Shown here one piece after another: positions 1 through 13,391 of a stretch of DNA of 64,000 bases; positions within the stretch are counted from its first letter, which is position 1, and the number at the start of each line of letters is the position of its first letter. The stretch comes from Octopus sinensis (Eukaryota), in the NCBI RefSeq assembly GCF_006345805.1, contig NC_043024.1, positions 19,716,001 through 19,780,000 of the forward strand. Direction: 5' to 3'. A program made the position numbers and the translations under genes. Under the pieces are notes generated by a model. That model was not told the DNA's origin. It did not search any database and saw only the letters and a program-made list of their open reading frames with translations.

Positions 1-149
1 ATTTCCAGCTGGTTCCAACACAGTGTCCCTTATTGCTTTGTCCTTTTAATATAGAAAGATACAAGAGGTTCAAAGGTCAGGGCTCATTCTTGATACAGAT
101 GGTCTTCATCTTAGACAAGAGCAGGTTGACATTGTAGGAAAGAACAAGG

Positions 150-330
150 GCAAGGAAGCAATTCTAGAAAATTGCCATTCTTGGAAGACTGGGCTGTGAA
201 TAATGGTTTGAGTGGACCTTAAAGAAGGGATCGTAAGAGTTATGAGAGGACTGAACAAAAGTCTGACAAAGGCAATGTAAGGTTTGATAGAGAAGGGACA
301 CATTCAGTGACAGATCCACTTGCAAGACTT
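150..330 (-). pseudogene. Possible decayed LINE 3-prime coding remnant
   Basis: Minus-strand frames give fragments reminiscent of CR1/L2/Jockey-type C-termini, heavily disrupted. Confidence 0.25.
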
Positions 331-534
331 CGGTCAGCCTGGGGTTATAGTAGAAGGCACTTGCTGAAGGTGATACACAGCGGGACTGAACCTGAGACAA
401 CAGGGTTGGAAAGCAAGCTTCTTAATTACACAGACACATCTGTAGAAAAATTTACATGAAGAATCGAACAAATCATATATGAGTGTGTGTGTGTATGTAT
501 ACATGCACATACAGACACACACACACACACACAC

Positions 535-589
<55 letters not shown>

Positions 590-667
590 TTATGTAAATG
601 GATGAATGAATTATCCTTTGTTTACCGTTAATGTTATAATGTCTTGTTGTTGAGATAGGTTCTCTTT

Positions 668-750
668 CTTTCCTGATGAGAAGATTGCATTTTACACCGT
701 TTATTTCTTTGGAATAAAACCAATGTTGTCTTCGAAACATATGTCGAAAG
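668..750 (+). ncRNA. Type I hammerhead ribozyme motif, intact core
   Basis: Stem I CTTTC 668-672 / GAAAG 746-750; CTGATGA 673-679; stem II GAAGA 680-684 / TCTTC 729-733; GAAA 734-737; palindromic stem III ACATATGT; GUC triplet ending at 745. Confidence 0.85.
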
Positions 751-874
751 TAAAAGAATTTGAATAACATCTGCATTCAACTCCATTTATTTACTTATAT
801 ACACACATACACACACACACACACATATATATATATACACATATATACACACATACACTTATATACATATATAT

Positions 875-1255
875 TGTAGCACTCCATTGGTTATGACAAC
901 GAAGGTTCCAGTTGATCCAATCAATGGAACAGCCTGCTCATGAAATTAATGCACAAGTTGCTAAGCACTCCATAGACACGTATACCCTTAATGTAGTTCT
1001 TGGGAAGATTCAGCATGACACAGAGTGTGGCAATGCTGGCTCTTTGAAATACCGGTACAGTAGAAACAGGTGGAAAGTGTGAGAGAAAGTTGTGGTGAAA
1101 GAATACAGCAGGGTTCACCACCACTCCCTGCTGGAGCCTTGTGGAGTTTTAGGTGTTTTTGCTCAATAAGCACACACAATGCCTGGTCTGGGAATCAAAA
1201 CTGATCCTATGACCACGAGTCTGCTGCCCTAACCACTGGGCCATTGCACCTCCAC
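875..1255 (-). mobile_element. tRNA-headed SINE (family C); related head at about 29220-29375
   Basis: Minus strand starts GTGGAGGTGCAATGGCCCAGTGGTTAGGGC (A box) with a B-box-like segment. The same head recurs near 29.3 kb. Confidence 0.7.
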
Positions 1256-1283
1256 ATACATATATACATATACATATATATGT

Positions 1284-1388
<105 letters not shown>

Positions 1389-1618
1389 AATTAAATTAGA
1401 GATAAAACCACAATTAGGCAAATCAAATAGTGATAGACATAAACCAAAACATAAAAAACAAAAAAATAAACATAATTAATATAATATATGATGTATATAT
1501 AAAATATAAAATTCAAATTTCAAATTATTAAAATTTAAAATTTTTAAATTAATTTTTTTTTTTTATATAACTAACCAAAAAGTATAAAAAAGTTAAATAT
1601 AATATATATATATATATG

Positions 1619-2640
1619 TACATCATCATCATCATTTAATGTCCGTTGTCTATGCTGGCATTGGTTGGACAGTTTGACTGGGCTGGCACGCTGGAAGGCT
1701 GCACCAGGATCCAGTCTGATTTGGTATGGTTTCCTATGGCTGCATGCCCTTCTTAATGCCAACCACTCCAAGAGTGTAACAGGTGCTTTTACGTGCCATT
1801 TGCATGACACTGGTATCTGCCATGACTGCGATTTTGCTCAACTTGATGGGTCTTCTTCTCAAGTATGACATAACGCCAAAGGTCTTAGACATTGCCTCCA
1901 TGAGGCCCAAAACTCAGAAGAAACTCCGCCACTTTGCCTCTGTGGGGCCCAAAACTCAAAGCCCAAAACTTCTGTGAGGCCCAACACTTGAAAGGAACTC
2001 AGCCACCTCACCTCCATGAGGCCCAACTTCTCAAAATGTACTCAGCCACCTTGCCTCCGTCAGGCCCAACAGTCAAAGGTTGATTTTTTTATATGTGCCA
2101 CCAGCACAGGTACACTTGGCTTGATGAGTCCTTTTAAGCAGCGCACATCGCCAAAGGTCTCATTCACTAGTCATTGCCTCTGTGAGGTTCAAAGTTCAAA
2201 GGTCATGCTTCACCACCTCATGCTATGTCTTCCTGGGTTTACCTGTATTACAGGTTCCCTCCACAGTTGGAGATCAGCACTTCTTTACACAGCTGTCCTT
2301 TTCCATATGCATCACATGTCCATACCAGCACAGTCGTCTGTCTTGCACACCATATCTGATTCCTCTTATGCCTAACTTTTCTCTCAAGATGTTTACACTC
2401 TGTCGAACATGCACACTGACATTGCACATCCAGTGAAGCATACCGGCTTCATTTCTCTCAAGCCTATGCATGTCCTCAGCTGTCATAGCCCATATTTCAC
2501 TGCCAGGCAGCATAGCTGTTTACACACAGGCATCAAACAATCTGCCTTTCACACTGAAAGAGAAGCCCTTTGTTGCCAGCAGAGGTAGGAGCTCTCTGAA
2601 CTTTTCCCAGCCTAATCTTATTCTCACAGCTACAACTCTT
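1619..2640 (-). mobile_element. RTE-clade LINE 3-prime fragment joined to a (GAT)n-tailed repeat
   Basis: ORF 2274-2513 (GSEIW..RLERNEAGMLHWM..LREKLGI..RRLCWYGHVMHM) is an RTE C-terminal motif. Minus-strand tail (GAT)n at 1619-1634. Short tandem repeats at about 1880-2070. Confidence 0.75.
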
Positions 2641-2977
2641 GGAACAATCACTGCCACTATTAACCTGGTCACCTAGATACCAGAAGCTATCCACTACCTC
2701 TAGCTTGCACCCTTGGCAGCTACGGAGTCCATTTTCTGCACATCCTCCTTATCAGAAGCAACAATCATTACACTTTCTGGCTGGGTTCTCAAGTATGACC
2801 AACCAAGACCAAGAGCATTGTCCAGCTATTTAATTCTCCTACCCCTGGGTCACCTTCCAGTTGGCTCTGCTTGAAGAATCTTGTATGTCCATAAATATAT
2901 TTACTCATTCATCTTCTCTGCCTCCTTATTCCTGAGCGGGTCATGGGGATACAATCCTCAGACACCTCTTCCAAAAA

Positions 2978-5900
2978 GGCGGCGAGCTGGCAGAATCGTT
3001 AGCACGCCGGGCGAAATCCTCAGCAGTATTTTGTCTGCCATTACGTTCTGAGTTCAAATTCTGCCGAGGTCGACTTTGCCTTTCATCCTTTCGAAGTCGA
3101 TAAATTAAGTACCATTTACACACTGGGGTCGACGTAATCGACTTAATCCGTTTGTCTGTCCTTGTTTGTCCCTCAGTGTTTAGCCCCATGTCAGTAGTAA
3201 AGAAATTGAAATAGGTATTTTGTCAGTCTTTACGTTCTGAGTTCAAATTCCACCGAGGTCAACTTTGCCTTTCATCCTTTCGGGGTCGATAAATTAAGTA
3301 CCAGTTATGCACTGGGATCGATATAATCGACTTAATCTCTTTGTCTGTCCTTGTTTGTCCCTCACTGTTTAGCCCCATGTGGGTAGTAAAGAAATTGAAA
3401 TAGGTATTTCGTCTGTCTTTACATTCTGAGTTCAAATTCCACCGAGGTCAACTTTGCCTTTCATCCTTTCGGGGTCGATAAATTAAGTACCAGTTATGCA
3501 CTGGGATCGATATAATCGACTTAATCTCTTTGTCTGTCCTTGTTTGTCCCTCAGTGTTTAGCCCCATGTTGGTAGTAAAGAAATTGAAATAGGTATTTCG
3601 TCTGTCTTTACATTCTGAGTTCAAATTCCACCGAGGTCAACTTTGCCTTTCATCCTTTCGGGGTCGATAAATTAAGTACCAGTTATGCACTGGGATCGAT
3701 ATAATCGACTTAATCTCTTTGTCTGTCCTTGTTTGTCCCTCAGTGTTTAGCCCCATGTGGGTAGTAAAGAAATCGAAATAGGTATTTCGTCTGTCTTTAC
3801 GTTCTGAGTTCAAATTCCACCGAGGTCAACTTTGCCTTTCATCCTTTCGGGGTCGATAAATTAAGTACCAGTTACGCACTGGGATCGATATAATCGACTT
3901 AATCTCTTTGTCTGTCCTTGTTTGTCCCTCAGTGTTTAGCCCCATGTGGGTAGTAAAGAAATCGAAATAGGTATTTCGTCTGTCTTTACATTCTGAGTTC
4001 AAATTCCACCGAGGTCAACTTTGCCTTTCATCCTTTCGGGGTCGATAAATTAAGTACCAGTTATGCACTGGGATCGATATAATCGACTTAATCTCTTTGT
4101 CTGTCCTTGTTTGTCCCTCACTGTTTAGCCCCATGTGGGTAGTAAAGAAATTGAAATAGGTATTTTGTCTGTCTTTACATTCTGAGTTCAAATTCCACCG
4201 AGGTCAACTTTGCCTTTCATCCTTTCGGGGTCGATAAATTAAGTACCAGTTACGCACTGGGATCGATATAATCGACTTAATCTCTTTGTCTGTCCTTGTT
4301 TGTCCCTCACTGTTTAGCCCCATGTGGGTAGTAAAGAAATTGAAATAGGTATTTCGTCAGTCTTTACGTTCTGAGTTCAAATTCCACCGAGGTCAACTTT
4401 GCCTTTCATCCTTTCGGGGTCGATAAATTAAGTACCAGTTATGCACTGGGATCGATATAATCGACTTAATCTCTTTGTCTGTCCTTGTTTGTCCCTCAGT
4501 GTTTAGCCCCATGTGGGTAGCAAAGAAATTGAAATAGGTATTTCGTCAGTCTTTACGTTCTGAGGTCAAATTCCACCGGGTCAACTTTGCCTTTCATCCT
4601 TTCGGGGTCGATAAAATTAAGGTACCAGTTAACGCACTGGGATCGATATAATCGACTTAATCTCTTTGTCTGTCTTGTTTGTCCCTCACTGTTTAGCCCC
4701 ATGTGGGGTAGTACAGAATTGAAATAGGTATTTCGTCAGTCTTTACGTTCTGAGTTCAAATTCCACCACCGAGGTCAACTTTGCCTTTCATCCTTTCGGG
4801 GTCGATAAATTAAGTACCAGTTATGCACTGGGATCGATATAATCGACTTAATCTCTTTGTCTGTCCTTGTTTGTCCCTCACTGTTTAGCCCCATGTGGGT
4901 AGTAAAGAAATTGAAATAGGTATTTCGTCAGTCTTTACGTTCTGAGTTCAAATTCCACCGAGGTCAACTTTGCCTTTCATCCTTTCGGGGTCGATAAATT
5001 AAGTACCAGTTACGCACTGGGATCGATATAATCGACTTAATCTCTTTGTCTGTCCTTGTTTGTCCCTCAGTGTTTAGCCCCATGTGGGTAGTAAAGAAAT
5101 TGAAATAGGTATTTCGTCAGTCTTTACGTTCTGAGTTCAAATTCCACCGAGGTCAACTTTGCCTTTCATCCTTTCGGGGTCGATAAATTAAGTACCAGTT
5201 ATGCACTGGGATCGATTACGACTTAATCTCTTTGTCTGTCCTTGTTTGTCCCTCACTGTTTAGCCCCATGTGGGTAGTAAAGAAATTGAAATAGGTATTT
5301 CGTCTGTCTTTACGTTCTGAGTTCAAATTCCACCGAGGTCAACTTTGCCTTTCATCCTTTCGGGGTTGATAAATTAAGTACCAGTTACGCACTGGGATCG
5401 ATATAATCGACTTAATCTCTTTGTCTGTCCTTGTTTGTCCCTCACTGTTTAGCCCCATGTGGGTAGTAAAGAAATTGAAATAGGTATTTCGTCTGTCTTT
5501 ACATTCTGTGTTCAAATTCCACCGAGGTCAACTTTGCCTTTCATCCTTTCGGGGTCGATAAATTAAGTACCAGTTATGCACTGGGATCGATATAATCGAC
5601 TTAATCTCTTTGTCTGTCCTTGTTTGTCCCTCACTGTTTAGCCCCATGTGGGTAGTAAAGAAATTGAAATAGGTATTTCGTCAGTCTTTACGTTCTGAGT
5701 TCAAATTCCACCGAGGTCAACTTTGCCTTTCATCCTTTCGGGGTCGATAAATTAAGTACCAGTTATGCACTGGGATCGATATAATCGACTTAATCTCTTT
5801 GTCTGTCCTTGTTTGTCCCTCACTGTTTAGCCCCATGTGGGTAGTAAAGAAATCGAAATAGGTATTTCGTCTGTCTTTACGTTCTGAGTTCAAATTCCGC

Positions 5901-6043
5901 CGAGGTCGACTTTGCCTTTCATCCTTTCGGGGTCGATAAATTAAGTACCAGTTACGCACTGGGGTCGACGTAATCGACTTAATCCGTTTGTCTGTCCTTG
6001 TTTGTCCCCCAGTGTTTAGCCCCTTGTGGGCAATAAAGAAATA
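2978..6043 (+). repeat. SINE family A head followed by 16 tandem 189 bp SINE-body units
   Basis: Unit starts (gttctgagttcaaattcc) at 3045, 3234, 3423, 3612, 3801, 3990, 4179, 4368, 4557, 4747, 4939, 5128, 5314, 5503, 5692 and 5881. A single A-box head lies at 2978. Confidence 0.95.
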
Positions 6044-6495
6044 ATCTCTTCCATAGGGTCCTCTCAGAAGCAACCATTCATTATTCTTTCCTCTGAGATT
6101 CCCAAACTTGGCCAAATAACACCATGAATATTATTCCATCTGACATAAGCATATTCATTAAAATCTTGTAATTGTTAAAATGTTAATTAAGATTTCTTTC
6201 TCCTAAATTAATTTTATTCTTTCTCTTCTTTAAATATTCTCCATGTACTTATGTATTCTCTTAACATTATCAGCTCCTGCCAAAACACAAGTTTCCCATA
6301 GGGCACCAAAGAAGGGTAAGTTTAAAATACAAACAACAGGCACACCCCTAATCTGTTTCCCTTCCATTGACTTTAGTAATCAATCTCTCCCTACTTCAGA
6401 CGTCTGCTTGGATGTCGAGGCTTTTAAAAACCCTATTAAAGCACTTATGGGATCCATACAGTTTCACACAACAAGATAGGTCACCGTGTTATGCA

Positions 6496-6889
6496 TACTC
6501 TCCCTTTTACTTGTTTCAGTCATTTGACTGCGGCCATGCTGGAGCACCGCCTTTAATCGAGCACCTCGACCCCGGCACTTATTCTTTGTAAGCCCAGTAC
6601 TTATTCTATCGGTCTGTTTTGCCGAACCGCTAAGTGACGGGGACATAAACACACCAGCATCGGTTGTCAAGCAATGCTAGGGGGACAAACACAAACACAC
6701 ACACATATATATATATATGTACATATATACGACGGGCTTCTTTCAGTTTCCGTCTACCAAATCCACTCACAAGGCTTTGGTCAGCCCGAGGCTATAGTAG
6801 AAGACACTTGCCCAAGATGCCACGCAATGGGACTGAACCCAGAACCATGTGGTTGGTAAACAAGCTACTTACCACACAGCCACTCTACA

Positions 6890-6932
<43 letters not shown>

Positions 6933-7105
6933 TATACATATATACGACGGGCTTCTTTCAGTTCCGTCTATCTACCAAATCCACTCACAAGGTTGGTCAG
7001 CCCGGGGCTATAGTAGAAGACACTTGCCCAAGATGCACGCAATGGGACTGAACCCAGAACCATGTGGTTGGTAAACAAGCTACTTACCACACAGCCACTC
7101 CTACA

Positions 7106-7151
<46 letters not shown>

Positions 7152-7361
7152 ATATATATACATATATAATATATATATAATATAATATATACATATATAC
7201 GAAGGGCTTCAGTTCAGTTTCCGTCTACCAAATCCACTCACAAGGCTTTGGTTGGCCCGAGGCTAAAGTTGAAGACACTTGCCCAAGATGCCACGCAGTG
7301 GGACTGAACCCAGAACCATGTAGTTGGTAAACAAGTTACTTACCACACAGCCACTCCTATG

Positions 7362-7401
<40 letters not shown>

Positions 7402-7596
7402 TATATAGATATATATATATATATATTACATATATACGAACGGGCTTCTTTCAGTTTCCGTCTCCCAAATCCACTCACAAGGCTTTGGTTGGCCCAAGGC
7501 TAAAGTTGAAGACACTGCCAAGATGCCACGCAGTGGGACTGAACCCAGAACCATGTAGTTGGTAAAAAAGTTACTTACCACACAGCCACTCCTATG

Positions 7597-7672
<76 letters not shown>

Positions 7673-7835
7673 TACGACGGGCTTCTTTCAGTTTCCGCTC
7701 CCAAATCCACTCACAAGGCTTTGGTTGGCCCGAGGCTATAGTTGAAGACACTTGCCAAGATGCCACGCAGTGGGACTGAACCCAGAACCATGTGGTTGGT
7801 AAACAAGCTACTTACCACATAGCCACTCCTGCGCA
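6496..7835 (-). mobile_element. SINE family B, one full copy plus four extra head modules separated by (TA)n
   Basis: gggactgaacccagaaccatgt occurs five times (about 6830, 7044, 7300, 7536, 7772). A box TGGCTGTGTGG and B box GGGTTCAGTCCC on the minus strand. Confidence 0.85.
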
Positions 7836-8189
7836 TGTTTCATAAAAAGTTCTCTATACTGAAAAGAAAGTCTACATTTATAGCTGCGAGGGACTCATAT
7901 AACCCATGCCAGCAAAGAAAATACAGAAGTTAAAACAAATGAATGAAAGCATGCAAACACTTGCACAGTGTTGTGGTTTATCTCTTGTAGCCTCTTGTGT
8001 GGTGTAAATAACATTGCTTACCTTCACTCTCTGTTTATAAGCATAGAAGTGTAGGGTGTGGTTTTGTTATAGTGAACACTAGAGCACATATATAACGCAG
8101 GGACCTCCCTTGTGGTGTGAATGCATATGAAAGTCACATTTTTAACTAAAAAACTGAGCATCACTTCAAAAGCACAACTGTTGGTGCCA

Positions 8190-9005
8190 CTTACAAGGCA
8201 CTGGTGCTGGTGCCACATAAAAGGCACTGGCAATGGTGCCATTTAAAAGGCACTGATGAAGGTGTCACATAAAAGGCACTGCTGCTGGTGCCACTTAAAA
8301 AGCACTGGTGCTGGTGCCACAAAAAAAGGCACTGCTGCTGGTGCCACTTAAAAGGCACTGCTGCTGGTGCCACTTAAAAGGCACTGCTGCTGGTGCCACT
8401 TAAAAAGCACTGGTGCTGGTGCCACAAAAAAAGGCACTGCTGCTGGTGCCACTTAAAAGGCACTGCTGCTGGTGCCACTTAAAAGGCACTGGTGCTGGTG
8501 CCACATAAAAGGCACTGGTGATGGTGCCACATAAAAAGCACTGGTGCTGGTGCCACAAAAAAAGGCACTGCTGCTGGTGCCACTTAAAAGGCACTGGTGA
8601 TGGTGCCACATAAAAAGCACTGGTGCTGGTGCCACAAAAAAAGGCACTGCTGCTGGTGCCACTTAAAAGGCACTGCTGCTGGTGCCACTTAAAAGGCACT
8701 GGTGATGGTGCCACATAAAAAGCACTGGTGCTGGTGCCACAAAAAAAGCACTGGTGATGGTGCCACATAAAAAGCACCCAGTACACTCTGTTGAGCGGTT
8801 GATGTTAGGAAGGGCATCAAGCTGTAGAAACCATATCAAAGCAGACTATGGAACCTGGTGTGGCTCCTGGCCTCAATAGTTCTTGTCAAGCCATCCAACC
8901 CATGCCCGGATGGAAAATAGACTTTAAATGATGATGATGATGATAATGATGATGATGATGATAATGATGATGATGATTAATGATGATGATGATGATGATG
9001 ATGAT
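8190..9005 (+). repeat. About 26 bp minisatellite (about 23 copies) inside a (GAT)n-tailed repeat element
   Basis: Unit ggcactgctgctggtgccacttaaaa over 8190-8790 runs directly into aaaagcacccagtacactctg...gttaggaagggcatc and a (GAT)n tail. Confidence 0.9.
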
Positions 9006-10155
9006 GGATGCCCCCTTCTTTTCTGGATTCCCAGTCATAAATGGATAACAGCAAAGAATTTTTGCAGTTATAATATTCCAGTCTAATTAACCTCATCTCA
9101 AATTAGTTCCACTGATTCACATTTTGAGCTCAAATTCTGCCAAAGCTGACTTTACCTATCATCCCTTTGAGGTCGATAAAATAAGTACCAGTTGGATACT
9201 CAGGGTCAATGTAACCGACTTCCCCTTCCCCTAAAGCTGCTGGCCTTGTGTCAAAATTTGAAAGTAGGATTATCTCTGGCATTACATTTCAATTGTCATC
9301 AGGTGTCTGATTCCTGGATGTCAGTATAGAAGAATCAGATTGGCTAAATGGCTAAAGAATTTGCTTAGCAATCATGAATTCTGAGGTTCAATTTCACTGC
9401 TTCTTATTTTTTGCATTTTTTTTTTTGTAGTACGGCTAAAGTCAATCCAAACCTTAAATCCTTAAATCCTTAAAAACGTTTTAGCCCGAAGGCCGCGGCC
9501 ATGCTGGGGCACCACCGCTTATAAAGGAAATTTTGAGGAATCCCTTTGGTTAGAGTACATCAGCAATTCAAAAATTCACCCTTCACACACACACACACAC
9601 ACACACACACGAATGTACATGTATGCATGTATGTATGGTGTTTTTAATTATTTAAATTCTTCCTCTGAAAACGGAGCTGGTCTCTAACAAAGATACAAAA
9701 CTCAATCACAGGAATGTAGATAACAAAAACAATGTCACATTTTAAACTTGAGAAAAGTCTTGCATATTTTTATTGTTCCCCTTACAGATTGTATAGGTAA
9801 CATGCGAGTTAGTTGCTTGGTTTCTTTTTCTGAAAACTCTAACTTACCCAGATTGTCACTCAGCCATTTACTCACAAAACCACTTGCTCCAATTATTTTT
9901 GGTATAAATGTAAATTTGTAATCCGGATATAGAAGCTGGAGGTTTTAAATCAGTCGTCCATAGTTGTCTTCTTTCTCTTTGATTTTCAAAGAGATATTCA
10001 CATTAGCCAACCTCTATGACAGAACATACTTTTTCTTGTCTGTCCAAAACAGCAACATCTTGTCCATTATTTTTACACTTGGCAGATGTCTTGATAAGAA
10101 TGTTCCGACAGTATTCCTCATGTTGATATTTGTGTGCTTATTCAATAACAAAAAC

Positions 10156-10405
10156 TCTGTTGTGTCTGGGGAGAGTCATTTTCTTTTTGTGCTTTTTAAT
10201 GTAACACACTCACCAGTAAAATTTCCACTTATTTCTTATTTTTATTTTCCTTGCAACCTTTTCAATAGTCAAGACTTTTGAAAAGGTTGCAAGACACAAG
10301 GAAAATTTTAGGACAATAAAAATAAGAAAAACGTGGAACATTTACCGGTGAATGTGTTACATTATAAGGCACAAAAAGAAAGTGACTCTCCCCAGACACA
10401 ACAGA
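10156..10405. repeat. Imperfect long inverted repeat (foldback, MITE-like)
   Basis: tctgttgtgtctggggagagtca at 10156 versus its reverse complement ending at 10405. Centre near 10271. Peptide SVVSGESHFLFV appears on both strands. Confidence 0.85.
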
Positions 10406-12428
10406 ATATGCTTCAACACACGAACTCATATAAAGAATCTTGCAAACCAAATCCAAAAACGAAATACAATAACAGGAGGATTCTCCATATTTATTACAGA
10501 ACAGTCTTTTTTCCAACTGACTTTCTATGTTGCTTTTGTGACAATATACAAGGTTACTGACTTTTAGGGCATCAGAAAAAGGCCTGGTTGGAGGCCTCAA
10601 CTGCTGAGTTCTTTTACAGCACTTAGAAAAACTGAAGGACCAATGCAAAAAGTGGGTGAATCTGAGTGGGGAATACATTGAATAAAATCGTAATGGCTAT
10701 GTGGTAAGTAGCTTGCTTACCAACCACATGGTTCCGGGTTCAGTACCACTGCATGGCATCTTGGGCAAGTGTCTTCTACTATAGCCTTGGGCCGATGAAA
10801 GCCTTGTGAGTGGATTTGGTAGACGGAAACTGAAAGAAGCCCATCATATATATATATATTTGTGTGTCTGCGTTTGTCCCCCCACCATCGCTTGACAACC
10901 GATGCTGGTGTGTTTTTACATCCCCATAATTTAGCAGTTCAGCAAAAGAGACCAATAGAATAAGTACTAGGCTTCCAAAGAATAAGTCCTGGGGTTGATT
11001 TGCTCGACTAAAGGCGGTGCTGCAGCATGACCGCAGTCAAATGACTGAAACAAATAAAAGAATAAAAGAATAGAAGAATAACTGATTCTCCTGTATTTTC
11101 TTTTACCCAAAGCCAAAAACTTTACAGCTCACCCTCGTTCAATACCAGCTGTGAAGTCTCCAGCTTCTATATCCAGCGTCTGTATCCAGCTTTTAATCTG
11201 GATTTAGAAGCTGGAGGTTTCAAAGCATTTCTCCATAGTTATCTTGTATATGTATGTCCTGTGTATCACATGTAATACAGAAGACAGACAATCCCCATTT
11301 CTTGTTTGCAACTGCCAGAGTAACTCGTGAGTTATGAAAGGAAAGCTTCATATTACTCAAAATGTATGAAACGAATGTTTGCTAAAAATCTGGAAACAAG
11401 CATGGGCGCTTAACACAAACTAATGGAAATGCTTTGGGCAGGCAGAGAGTTAACTTTAGAGTGACAAAACTGAGTGAACCAATAATCAAAGGAGCTCCAT
11501 CTGTGACCATCCCTCACCTTACTGGCGCTTGTGCCCATGCTAGTAGGGTGCCAACAGCACCATCTGAGCATGATCGTTGCCAGAGTGGCTAACTGGCTTT
11601 CGTGTCGGTGGCACGTAAAAGGGCACCATTGAAGCATGATTGCTACCAGTGTCACCTTACTGGCACCTGTGCCAGTGGCATGTGTAAAAAGATTTGAGCG
11701 AGGTCGTTGCCAGTACCGCCTGACTGGCCCCATGCCGGTGGCACATAAAAAGCACCCACTACACTCTCTGAGTGGTTGGCGTTAGGAAGGGCATCCAGCT
11801 GTAGAAACTCTGCCAAATCAATATTGGAACCTGGTGCAGCCATCTGGTTCACCAGCCCTCAGTCAAAATCGTCCAACCCATGCTAGCATGGAAAGCAGAC
11901 GTTAAACGATGATGATGATGATGTATATTAGTTTTATGTATATGTCCTTTATTATTGTTCAACGCTTTGCCTGTCTTGTGTCTCACATGTGATACACGGG
12001 ACATACTTTCCTGACATCTAATCACCCTTTATAAGACACATTCGCAATGTTTTTCAACCACCCGAATAACTTGTGACTTGTATGAAAGGAAAGATATTTC
12101 TCAGAACGTATGAGACAAGGACGGATTAAAATCTGGAAACAAGATGGACGTTTGGGACAAACTTACGAAAGTACTTTGGACAGGCAAGGATAGGCTCACT
12201 ATACTCTTTTACTTGTTTCAGTCATTTGACTGCAGCCATGCTGGAGCACCGCCTTAAAGGGTTTTTAATTGAAGAAATCAACCCCAGTACTTATTCTTTG
12301 TAAACCTAGTAGTTATTCTGTCAGTCTCTTTTGCCAAATCACTATGTCGCAGGGACATAAACACACCAATACCGGTTGTCAAGCAATAATGTGGGGACAA
12401 ACACAGACACAAAGACATACACACATAG

Positions 12429-12470
<42 letters not shown>

Positions 12471-12643
12471 TCATCATCATCATCATCATCGTTTAACGTC
12501 TGCTTTCCATGCTAGCATGGGTTAAATGATTTTGACCGAGGGATGGCGAACCAGATGGCTGCACCAGGCTCCAATCTTGATCTGGCAGAGTTTCTACAGC
12601 TGGATGCCCTTCCTAACGCCAACCACTCTGAGAATGTAGTGTA

Positions 12644-12684
<41 letters not shown>

Positions 12685-13350
12685 CGTCAGGCTTCTTTCA
12701 GTTTCTGTCTACCAAATCCACTCACAAGGCTTTGGTTGGCCTGAAGTCATAGTAAAAAATATTTGCCCAAGGTGCCACACAGTAGGACTGAACCCAGAAC
12801 CATACGGTTGGGAAGCCCCCCTTCTTACCACAAAGCCACACCTGCATTCTTTTTCCCCTCACTAATGGTCAGTGTTACCTTAATTAGCACTTGTGTTGCC
12901 AGGCTTTTAATTTTCCTTGCACAATCCTTGCTCCCTCAAAAATTACTGCTTTAAAGAAATCATAGAAGCAATTTTCTTGCTTTTGCAATTTTTGTTTTCA
13001 GGTTCCATTTGAACAAATTATTGTTTATCAATACAGACATATATTTTTTTATGTGTGTGTCGGTGGGGGTTACAGGCCTGGCATTCCATTGGTTATGACA
13101 GCTAATGTTCCAGCTGACCCATTCATTGGAACAACCTGCTCGTGGAATTAATATGGAATTGGTTGGACACTCCACAAACTCATATACCTATTTCTTTACT
13201 ACCCACAAGGGGCTAAACACAGAGAGGACAAACGTATGTATGTATGTATGTATCACTATGCCATATGCCCAGGCATATGGTGTAGTGGTTCAGAGCGCAG
13301 GCTACTAACCCCAAGATTCCAAGTTCAATTCCAGGCAGTGACCTGAATAA

Positions 13351-13391
<41 letters not shown>

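Noticed and set aside
2978-3070. tRNA gene
   Set aside because: A and B boxes are present, but there is no cloverleaf and the sequence continues into a SINE body; the same applies to other SINE heads.
2978-6043. CRISPR-like array
   Set aside because: The units are full-length near-identical repeats with no unique spacers, are SINE-derived, and sit in a eukaryotic context with no cas genes.
9280-9310. Minus-strand CTGATGA-caatt-GAAA
   Set aside because: No stem II and no stem I pairing.
9788-9796. Possible 9 nt microexon (cttacAG ATTGTATAG GTaaca)
   Set aside because: Frame-compatible, but such matches arise by chance and there is no supporting evidence without RNA-seq.
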